In this document: one piece after another, positions 1-9,784 of the stretch
Layout: every line of letters starts with the position of its first letter
How positions within the stretch are numbered: position 1 is the stretch's first letter
DNA from: Azolla caroliniana
Taxonomy: Eukaryota > Plantae > Polypodiophyta
NCBI GenBank assembly: GCA_043228905.1
Contig: JBHGNT010000308.1
Span: 1 to 36,545 of the forward strand
DNA: 36,545 nt
Reading direction: 5' to 3'
The notes under the pieces: generated by a model
What the model saw: only the letters and a program-made list of their open reading frames with translations
Database searches by the model: none
Told to the model about the DNA's origin: nothing
Made by a program: the position numbers and the translations under genes

Positions 1-693
1 AATAACTTTGAAGATTTTATTGGTGAGTTTAAAGCCTGCTTTGGAGATACCGACAGCATCAAGACGGCGATCAACAAGATCCGAAGATTGCGTCAAGGCG
101 ATCGTCCAGCCTCTACCTACACGGCGCATTTCCGTTTACTCGCCTCAGATATTCCTTGGGATGATCAAGCCCTCATGGAGCAGTTTCGCTACGGCTTGCG
201 CAATGATGTCAAAGATCTGCTTTTAACCTTCCCCGAAGAACCAAAGTCTCTTACGGAGGCAATCAGTCGAGCGGTCCGATGCGACAACCGCCTTTTCGAA
301 CGACGTTCGGAGCGTCAGTTACAAATACCACGCTCTTGGCCGGAACCCACATACGCCTCAGTCACGGCTAAACCGTTTGCACGTGATGTACCTCAAGCCA
401 ATATTCCGACACCAATGGAGATCGACACCATGTGTCGACGCGGCCCGTTATCGGAAGAAGAAAAGCAACGACGACGTGCCAATCGATTATGCCTTTATTA
501 CGGTGGACCAGGGCATATCGCCATCAATTGTCCCCATAGGCCAAGAAGACAGGTAAATCAAATTGTCGCCTGTACTAAACCCGAGTCAATTCTTCCCTTC
601 AAAGTGTCAGATAGTATTCATAGTACTAATAGCCCAAGTATCTCAAACAAATTTGAAATCCTTAGTCAATTAGATGAAGAGTTAAACGATTGA
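1..693 (+). pseudogene. gag: gag (capsid + degenerate CCHC zinc knuckle), 5'-partial
   Basis: Frame 1 is open from base 1. LRQG..ASTYTAHFR, EQFRYGLRNDVKD, PTPMEID; knuckle CLYYGGPGHIAINCP (second Cys replaced by Tyr). Confidence 0.9.
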
Positions 694-3600
694 GTCCAAC
701 CAAAATAGGAGCCGTTTGGTTGGACAACAACCCTAGATCTGTACAACCCATTAGTGGTTCCATTCCTTCCAAGAAAGTTAGCAATGTGTTCCTAGCCCAA
801 GTCATTGTTAGTACTAAAAGTACTCCCCCAGTACGCGTCCTAGCACTCTTAGATTCCGGAGCTAATTCCTGTTTCATGGATCGAAATTTTGCCCAAGCTT
901 CTCAGATATCCTTAAGAAAACTTCCTTGTCATGCATCTGTAGTAGTCATTGATGGTCGTCCCATTGCTTCCAGGAATATTGTAGAAGAATAAGAACCCAT
1001 TCAAGTTGTCCTAGGTAGTTTTGTGTGTGTAATATCATTTAATATAATTAGTAGTCCAGAGCATCCCATTGTTGTAGGATTACCTTGGTTTGAATTACAT
1101 AATCCAACCATAGATTGGAGAACAAGAGAAGTCCGATATCGACCACCCCAAGAATCTACTCACCGAGTTTCGACCATTTCACTCCATCAATTACGCGAAG
1201 AAGGACACAAGGAGGCAATGTTCCTATTTGCAATATCAGTACATCCTTCCAACACTATTAAGAAGGACTCCTCAGTACAACTTCCGGCAAAATATCATCC
1301 TTATGCCGATGTATTTGACAAGGTAAAAGCCGGTACCCTTCCTCATCACCGTCCCTATGACTGTCCCATTGATTTACAACCAGGAACTGAGCCACCATGG
1401 GGACCAATTTACAACTTGTCACCCACCGAGTTAGAAGTCCTTCGAGCCTACATAGAGGAGAACTTGGCAAGCGAGTTCATCCGTCATTAGAAATCTCCGA
1501 CCGGTGCACCCATCTTCTTTGTCAAGAAGAAAGATGGCTCACTTCGTCTCGTCGTTGATTACCGCGGATTGAATAAGGTCACCATCCGGAATAGGTATGC
1601 ACTTCCTCTTATATCAAGTCTTTTAGAGCGAGTTAATGGTGCCAAGTTTTTTATCAAAATCGATCTGCGAGGAGCGTATAACCTCATGCGAATCCGACCG
1701 GGAGATGAATGGAAGACCGCCTTTCGCACGCGGTATGGGCATTTCGAGTATACTGTTATGCCGTTCGGCCTAACCAATGCACGCGCAATCTTCCAACACA
1801 TGGCGAATGATATATTCAGAGACCTCTTGGATATCTGTTTGATCATCTATCTTGATGATCTATTGATTTATTCGAAGACCCAACAACAACACGATTCTCA
1901 TGTACTATTAGTACTAAAGCGACTCCGCGAGAATGGTCTTTATGCCAAGCTAGAAAAATGTGGCTTTGATTGCAAGCAAGTGGAATTTCTAGGCTACGTC
2001 ATCTCCTCAAAGGGCATCGTCATGGATCCAGCTAAAGTCCAAACTGTACTAGAGTGGCAAATTCCACGGTCGGTACGAGATGTACAATGTTTTCTAGGTT
2101 TTGCTAACTTCTACCGTAAGTTTATACAGGATTACTCGAAGATTATCTTACCCCTCACACAACTTACGAAGAAGGGCCAAGCATTTCTTTGGTCCATTGA
2201 AGTAGATATGGCTTTTCGGCATCTTAAGAAAGCCTTTACATCAGCACCGATTCTAGCTCATGTGGATACTAGAAAACCATTCATCATGGAGGCCGATGCT
2301 TCAGATTTCGCCCTTGGTAGCATCCTTTCTCAACAAGGAGATAAAGAAGAGTTGCATCCGGTGGCTTTCCATTCGCGCAAATTCGATGTTGCGGAAATCA
2401 ACAACGAAATACATGACAAGGAGTTATTAGCCATCGTGGATTCATTTGTGCAATGGCGGCATTTCTTAGAGGGCTCTCCACATCAGGTTGTTGTCTTTAG
2501 TGATCATAAAAATCTTGCTTATTTCCAGAATGCTCGCGTACTATATCGACGGCAAGCTCGGTGGGCGCAATTCCTCACGTGTTTCGACTTCAAAATCACA
2601 TATTGACCTGGGAAGCAACAAGGAAAAGCAGATGCACTATCACGACGTTCATATCTGGCACCTTGTCCTGGTGATCCAACATTTGATAATCAAAAGCAAG
2701 TAATCTTGGGACCAACACGATTGCACACGACGCGGATTTTTCACACCCCGATGGATTCACGGATTACCGATGACATACGTGCAAACTTGAAGACGGATAG
2801 TTTTGCTCAAGACATCCTGGCGCACATTGATACTTCTCGGGCATCCTGTTCTCAGTCTCAAAAACCAGGTATTGACTACCGACAATTCGAATATCATGAT
2901 GGTTTGTTATTCTTTAAAAAGCGCGTATATGTCCCCGATTTCTCCTGTCGCCTTCAAATCGTCCAACATTGTCACGACACCCATACGGCGGGACATTTTG
3001 GTAGTACTAAGACCTTGGAGCTAGTGCAACGATCTTTTTGGTGGCCCCACATGCGCCGTTTTGTCGACGACTACGTTTGGACTTGTGATGCTTGTTGCCG
3101 AGAAAAGATGCCATGACACCATCCATATGGCTTGTTGGAACCCTTACCGATTCCAAGTAAGTCGTGGCAGTCTATTTGTCTTGATTTTATCACAGATCTG
3201 CCGGTCTCGCAGGGGTTCGATGCTATCTTAACCGTCGTCGATCGATATACGAAGATGACACATTTTGTTCTGTGTACTAAGGCCATCACTAGCGAGGAAA
3301 CCGCCGCCCTAGTCATGTGTGAGGTATTTCGGCATCATGGCCTCCTAGACAGTATCATCAGTGACCGAGGACCGCAATTTGTCTCCAAATTTTGGCAGCA
3401 TCTCTTCAAGATGCTCAAGGTCTCTTGCAACCTCTCCTCCGGCTACCATCCTCAGACCGATGGGCAGGTAGAACGAACAAACCAAATGTTGGAGCAATAT
3501 CTCTGGTGTTTCCTGAGTTATCAACAGGACGATTGGGCCGAGATTCTCCACTTTGTAGAGTTTGCATATAATAATGTTGTTCACTCCTCGACTCGAGTCT

Positions 3601-4139
3601 CCCCATTCTACTCTTATACCGGTTCTCATCCTCGCTGGTCGGTGATCGACACCCCGGAGCTACCTACCAATCCTCGTGCCAGGGATCATTTGGAGAGACT
3701 ACGCAAGATTCAGACAGATCTCTCAACTCATCTTCGTCATGCTCAACAGACACAAAAGACTTACGCGGATCGTCATCGGCTTCCCTCGTCTTTTGCCATC
3801 GGAGATCGAGTATGGCTCTTACGTCGTCACATCAAGACTACTCGACCGTGCGACAAGTTGGATTATCGACGACTCGGTCCTTTCCGTATTTCGGGTAAAG
3901 TTAATGATGTCACATTCCGCCTTTATCTCCCTCCGCAGCTTCAGATACATCCGGTTTTCCATTGTTCTCTTCTTGAACCTTATTTGGTCGATTGGGTTGG
4001 TTATAGTCCGAGCGAATGCACTTGGGAACCCATCGAGCATGTTGCCAATGCTCAGGATCTGCTTGCTGATTTCCACCGAAAGTATCTGGACAAACCCGGT
4101 CCGCAATCAGTGCCGACTCGTTCCACTCGTTGTCTTTGA
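666..4139 (+). pseudogene. pol: gypsy pol: aspartic protease, RT, RNase H, integrase, partial chromodomain; several in-frame stops
   Basis: ALLDSGANSCF (PR); KIDLRGAYN, VMPFGLTNA, YLDDLLIYS (RT); EADASDFALG, FHSRK, DHKNL (RH); HHCC-like CHDTHTAGHFG..CDACC, ISDRGPQF, YHPQTDGQVER (IN); YLVDWVGYSPSECTWEP (chromo). Stops at ~990, 1488, 2604, 2701, 3114. Confidence 0.95.
681..725 (+). promoter_or_regulatory. putative -1 ribosomal frameshift signal (G TTA AAC slippery site + 11-bp hairpin)
   Basis: GTTAAAC at 681-687 in gag frame, 6-nt spacer, then GTCCAACCAAA(694-704)/TTTGGTTGGAC(715-725). The pol frame is -1 relative to gag and open from 666. Confidence 0.7.
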
Positions 4140-4150
4140 GGGGGAGATAG
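4138..4150 (+). promoter_or_regulatory. polypurine tract
   Basis: GAGGGGGAGATAG directly before LTR start TGTCA. Confidence 0.85.
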
Positions 4151-4575
4151 TGTCATGATATGGCAAGACTCGAACCCATGACCTTATGGTATATGGTTCG
4201 AGCTCTTAACCATCACACCATCTATTGTAATTCATAGGATATTATTTTCATTTATGTTTTATTATAAGAAAGTAATGTATATTCCAGATTTCTCTGGAAC
4301 ATTCTAGAAGTTTCAGGATTACTCCTAACAACACTATAAAAGAAGGCACTAGGCATTATGTTGAACCAAATTGGTTCAACGCCAGTCTTAAGCCTCTCAG
4401 CCGCTTTGTACTTATCTTTTCACATAATATATTAGCTGTTGTCATCATCTCTCTCTCTCTCTCTCCTCTCCTCACTTCCTCTCTCGGGAATCTTACGTAG
4501 TCCCGTCCTCTTAGTACTAATAGTACTGCTCTTCTTAGTACTAATTCCATCTCTGCTTTAGTACTATTCCTGACA
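4151..4575 (+). repeat. 3' LTR of chromovirus element
   Basis: TGTCATGA...CCTGACA termini; TATAAAA near 4335; (CT)n tract; homologous to inverted fragment at 36062-36265. Confidence 0.9.
4161..4220 (-). promoter_or_regulatory. tRNA-like Pol III A-box/B-box module inside LTR U3
   Basis: Minus strand reads TGGTGTGATGGTTA...GGTTCGAGTCTTGCCA; the B-box starts 44 nt after the A-box, as in tRNA genes. No intact cloverleaf seen. Confidence 0.55.
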
Positions 4576-5909
4576 GCCGTTGGGAGCTTAATGTACGCAA
4601 TGGTGTATACTCGATCGGATATTGGATACGCAGTCGGAGTGGTGAGCCGGTTTATGAGCAATCCCGGCAAGGAGCAATGGAACGCAGTCAAATGGATACT
4701 CCAGTATTTGAAGGACACTTCAAATATATGTCTCTGATTCGGCTTAGGTAAACCTCAACTTGATGGTTTTACCAATTCAGACATGTCGGATGATGTGGAT
4801 ACCAGCCAATGTACATTTGGGTATGTAATGACATATGCAGGGGGAGCTGTTTCGTGGGAGTCGAGGCTGCAGAAGACGGTTGCATTGTCAACCACAGAGG
4901 CGGTTGTGGAAATCGACAAGGAAATATTATGGATGAAGGACTTCATTAGAGAGCTCGGTATCCGGCAAGATGAATATCGGCTCTATTGTGACAGTCAAAG
5001 TGCCATCCACCTTGCTAAGAACACAGCGTACCATTCCAAGACGAAGCACATCCAACGTAGGTATCACTGGATCCGGGAGCGAGTAGAAGATCGAGAGTTC
5101 GCGCTGACGAAGATCCACACGGCCGAGAACGGGTCAAATATGCTGACCAAAGTTCTGATAACCGACAAGCTAGATGCATGTCGGAAGCGGATCGGACTAG
5201 TAAGACATCCCATGCCGGAGTGAAGGGGGAGTTTGTTAGGAAACAGGTCCCTCTGGATGGGAAGTGAGAAGAACCGTGTTGATGTGGAGTACCGGCCTCG
5301 GCTGAATCCAGATGTGGAGTACCCGACAAGGAAGACCCGGTGAGAACCGGATGACGAGTACCCGACAAGGAAGACCTGGTGAGAACCGGATGACGAGGAC
5401 CCGGCAAGGAAGACCCGGTGAGAACCGGATGTTGCAGGCCCGGTGAGAACCTCTCATCGGATGGAAGGGACATATGGGTAAATATGTTCCAGAGAGCCCA
5501 CTGGGACTATATTTGTAAATAGCCCGAAAGTCATATTAGTATAAATATGACCTAGGGCAAACTTAATAATGATGATGATAGAGTTATTGGTGTAACCTCT
5601 GTACAATGCGTAAGAGAGAGAGAGAGCGACATACAGAGATTGTGCCTCTATTGTAACTGCCGCTAGGCGAAGACTGTGAGCAAGAGGTCATTGCCTCTAT
5701 GCCCCCTGTTGTATTTCTTTACAAAGTGATAGTTTGGAGTCTGTGGACTCCTGTGGTTTTTCCCTCTTAGGGTTTTCCACGTTATTATCTTGTGTATTCT
5801 CTTTCTGTTTTGTCGACTTACCTCCATTCCCATTTCGTCTGTTTTTTATTGTCATCAAGTGATCTACGCTTCGGTTGTTGCCGGAGATTAATCTGCGTAT
5901 TCCACTTCA
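4576..5909 (+). mobile_element. Ty1/copia element A, 3' part (RT C-terminus, RNase H, PPT, 3' LTR)
   Basis: AVGSLMYAMVYTRSDIGYAVGVVSRFMSNPG; QKTVALSTTEA; CDSQSAIHLAKN..HSKTKHIQRRYHWIRE; stop at 5223; PPT GAAGGGGGAG; LTR from 5234. Confidence 0.93.
5234..5909 (+). repeat. copia 3' LTR with internal ~39-bp tandem repeat (about 3 copies, 5317-5445)
   Basis: TGTTAGGAAACAGGTCCC...CTTCA; same family as solo LTR 14650-15297 and related to LTR 30820-31324. Confidence 0.85.
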
Positions 5910-6048
5910 GAGTAGGAGTCAAGTTGGCACCAGAGGTTGACAAGGGAAGGCCGCGATGAACTATTGGTACTGTGGCCGGAAGGGTCACAGAGACAACGAG
6001 TGTTGGAAAAAGCAAGCCAATTCGGACAAACGAATCGAGCTGAGGGGT
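5910..6048 (+). repeat. copia B gag zinc-knuckle segment, direct duplicate of ~6757-6895
   Basis: Near-identical GAGTAGGAGTCAAGTTGGCACCAGAGG...GAGCTGAGGGG in both places. Confidence 0.9.
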
Positions 6049-6442
6049 GTCATATGTGTGGTTCTCATGCAAAGAATCCATCTCCTGTTCCATGGCACTC
6101 AACCACTTTCGGCTGTGGGTATCTTCCTTGGCTTCTTCAAAGCTTTCTGGCTCCCCCTCATCGGTTAGCAATACACGCTCTTCCTTCGGAAATCTTCAGT
6201 GGACCCTCCTTTCTCTTTGGGGGTATCTTCGGCCTCCATTCGACACGGTTAGTTCTTCTTCGACTTTTTCGGCTGATTCGAATTAGGTTCCTTGTTTGGC
6301 CATTTCCCCTCCTTCTTTAGTCAGTTCTCAATTTTGCCAAGTATTAACTTGGCCAATTGGCTCGGATTTGATTTTGATCGAATTAGCTTCTACTCGACTC
6401 GGCCGAGCGGCGACTCAGTTCGATTCAGTTTGATTCGTCAAC
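6049..6442 (-). mobile_element. inverted copia fragment (integrase-RT linker and RT start)
   Basis: Minus strand encodes LTDEGEPESFEEAKEDTHSRKWLSAMEQEMDSLHENHTY, homologous to copia D at ~33730-33850. Confidence 0.85.
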
Positions 6443-9372
6443 GTGAACGTTGAGGATGACGAAATCGTGAAGGTTTTCTTCGGAGGGTTGGCGTCGATGT
6501 TCAGAGCATTCCGAACGGAAGTCTGCATGAGGGAGAATATGCCTTCATTTTTGGAGCTTCAATCGATGTTGGTTGTAGAAGAAAACCAGTCGGGTGCGTC
6601 GACAAGTATGCACATCGACAACAAGATGATGTACAAAAAGACGGATTTTCCCCGTGGTCATGGTGGACGAGGTGGGTCAGCATATAAGGGAAGCGGCCGC
6701 CAGGAGCAGAACTTGAGGCATAATCGAAATGTTGACAGTAGTTCTAGACCCTCCATGAGTAGGAGTCAAGTTGGCACCAGAGGTCAACAAGGGAAGGCCG
6801 CGATGAACTGTTGGTACTGTGGCCGGAAGGGTCACAGAGACAACGAGTGTTGGAAAAAGCAAGCCAATTCGGACAAACGAATTGAGTTGAGGGGACGCAG
6901 ATGGGTGTCAAAGATCACACTACGCCGAAGGCCTAGGGCGAGCAGAAACAGGCCCAACCTTCATAATGAAGCACAAAGACAACTCAATGAAGGTGGGCAC
7001 CTCAAGGTTGAACGGGGTGTGGTATGTGGATTCAGGCACTTTGAACCACATGACGAATCACAAGGAGTGGTTCTCGACTCTGGAGAAGCCAGAGCAACCA
7101 GGGGTTGTCGAAACTGGTGATAACACCCCTCACCCTATCAAATATATCAAAGTTGTCTCTCTAAGCCATGTCGGTCAAAGTGGAATAATGAGAAATGTCT
7201 TGCATGCGATGACAATCACCAAGAACTTGGTGTCCATCGGATAAAATGTCGACTAGGGCATGCAAGTTCAATTTACTCACCTCGGATGCTTCATAGAGAA
7301 AGAAGGCAAGATCATCGCGCAAGGGCGTCGAGAAGGGAGGATTCTCATCCTCGAAACCAATGACAAAGACACCACTATGTTCGCCAAGGGGCAAAAAGTC
7401 CAATCGGATATCGACTTGTGGCACAAGCAGTTCGGTAACGTCATCTTCCTACGGCTTCTGGAAATGCAAACAAAGAACATTATTTTCGGCCTGCCAAAAT
7501 TTAGTGGCTGAAAGGGCCAAGTCTGCAATGCCTGATAGTTAGGGAAGCACCACCAACTTCCATTCCCCAATGAGAGAAATCAGAGTCGAAACAAGCTCGA
7601 TTTAATCCGTTTGGATGTATGGGGACCGATGCAGAATGTGAGTATTGGTGGAAGTCGTTACTTTGTAACTTTCATCGATGACTACACTCGGCACACTTGG
7701 GCGTGCTTGATTGAGAAGATAAACGAAGTCTTCTCCTGCGTCTTGAAGGTGAAAAGCCTTGTCAAAAGGGAAACTGGTTGAAAGATGAAGTGCCTAAGGT
7801 CCGATGGCGGAAAGGAGTACTTTTCTGACCAATTCTCTAACTATCTACAGAAGGAGGGAATTCAATGCGAATTCTCTTGTAGATACACACTAGAGCAAAA
7901 CGTTGTGGCCAAAAGGAAGAATCGAACTATCGAAGAAGTGGCCAAGGCAATGCTCGAGGAGAAGCATATGCCGAAGTTTTACTGGGCCAATGCCGTCAAG
8001 ACGGCTGTATACCTACAAAATCAGACTTGTGCAAATGGAGGAGTATAGCCACATGAGCTGTATTTCGGAAAGATGCCGAACCTGGCACACTTGAGGGTAT
8101 TCGGTAGCATTGCATAGTGCATGTGCTGAAGGAAAAGCGGAGGAAAATAGAAGCAAAAGCCAAGAAGTGTATCTTGGTTGACTACTCAAATGAGTAGAAG
8201 GGTTATAAGTGTTATAGCCCCTGAACGAAAGAGGTCAAAGTTTTCGATGAGTTGGCGTCGTGGTACTTGCCCTCACTGCCAACCCCCATCTACTCCATTC
8301 CTAATTCTAAGGATGAGGCTAGTGAGATCCAGATGCCCCTGGAGGAAGTGGAATCAGAACTCTCGAAGAGAGTCCAATCTCATTTTGGCTAAGTGGGCTG
8401 AATGAGGGACTGAGTCGAAAGGACTAGTCGGAGGAAGAGCCGGCGAGTAGTGGATACTCAGTCGTGTAGTCCCCACGCTAGAAACCGAGGAGACGGTTTA
8501 CGCGCAAGGAGAAGGAGAAGATGAAGATGTCGGAATATGGTAATGAGGCCGATACATTTGATCAAAGAGAACTCGGTGTGGCCAGGAGCAAAGAGGGACC
8601 TCTGAAAACGAGGTCAAAGTCGGCCGAGAGGGCCAAGAAATCGGCAAACCAGAAGTTATGCCGATCCACCTGCTAGAATAATCTCGTAATTCAGTACAGG
8701 TATAATGATTTTATGGCGCTCATTATGCGTATATGGTGAAGGTGGCTGAAGTGCGTGAGCTGGAGAACTACGAAGAAGCAGTAAAGGACGCAAATTGGCG
8801 TGCCACAATGGAGGAAGAGATGCACACCTGAGCAAAGAATGAAACTTGGGATTTGGTTGAAGCCCCCAAGGGTGTGAAGCCGATTGGATGCAAGTGGGTG
8901 TACAAGGCCAAGTGCAACGTTGTCGGCTCTGTCAACCAATATAAGGCCCGATTGGTGGCCAAGGGCTACGTGCAACAACGCGACATTGATTATGACGAGA
9001 CCTTCGCGCAACCGGTTGTGAAGATGATGACCATCCATGTCTTGCTGGAGGTAGCAGCGGCAAAGGGGTGGCACTTAAATCAGATGGATGTAAAGAACGC
9101 ATTCCTACAAGGAGAGTCTTGAGGAACAAGTGTACATGGTACAACCCCCCAGATTTTAGTCTAGAATGAACACTTCGGTCGTTTGTCGATTGAAGAAGCT
9201 GTTGTATGGACTTAAGCTAGGAGTGGAATCCGAAGATCATGTAGCGACTGCGTAAGATGGGGTTTGCTCCATTGAAATGAACTCTTCATTGTTCATTCGG
9301 TAGAGTCGAACTAGACCGATTAGCATTTTGTTATAGGTCGATGATCTAGTCATTGCCGGTGCCGACCTCGAA
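6443..9372 (+). mobile_element. Ty1/copia element B gag-pol pseudogene, truncated in RT
   Basis: CWYCGRKGHRDNECW knuckle; WYVDSGTLNHMT protease; LWHKQFG; YFVTFIDDYTR, LRSDGGKEY, EQNVVAKRKNRT integrase; [39 protein letters not shown]; many stops. Confidence 0.92.
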
Positions 9373-9488
9373 AACACCATATTCACTATGGTTTAAGCAT
9401 AAAGCTAACCTTAATCATCTCTTAGTGTTTGGTTCAATCGCATACAATCATGTACCTATAGGCAAAAGGAAGAAATTAGATCCTCATA
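9373..9488 (+). mobile_element. copia element C, segment 1 (post-integrase SH3-like region)
   Basis: TPYSLWFKHKANLNHLLVFGSIAYNHVPIGKRKKLDPH; the frame resumes at 23246. Confidence 0.85.
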
Positions 9489-9523
9489 AACACTGGGTCA
9501 TTTGAAATAGGTAATATGTTGCA
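9489..9523 (+). repeat. left TIR
   Basis: AACACTGGGTCATTTGAAATAGGTAATATGTTGCA. Confidence 0.9.
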
Positions 9524-9784
9524 ATTTAAGAACAACCCGTCCAAAAAAGACACAAAGTAGGTCATTTCACAAAAAGGACCATCGCATGTGTAAAGGTTTT
9601 TGGAAATAGAATCAAAATATATTGATTTATACCATGTCCAAAAATTTAGGGCTTTCAAAAGATGCCCGTAATAATCGATACGTAAAATTTACAAAAGAAC
9701 GTACAAAAATTACAAAATGACTAACATGTATATTTATACATATTTGTGAATCGTCATATTGATGTAACATACAATATTTACATT

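Larger units (their letters stand above)
1..4575 (+). mobile_element. Ty3/gypsy chromovirus-type LTR retrotransposon (5' end outside window), degenerate
   Basis: Domain order gag-PR-RT-RNaseH-IN-chromodomain, then PPT and a TGTCA...TGACA 3' LTR. Copia RT sequence resumes immediately at 4576. Confidence 0.95.

Noticed and set aside
4161-4225. Functional tRNA gene
   Set aside because: A/B boxes are present but acceptor and anticodon stems do not pair convincingly; it lies within an LTR.
5766-5776. TTAGGG(TTT) motifs as interstitial telomere
   Set aside because: Single telo-box-like copies within LTRs, not arrays.
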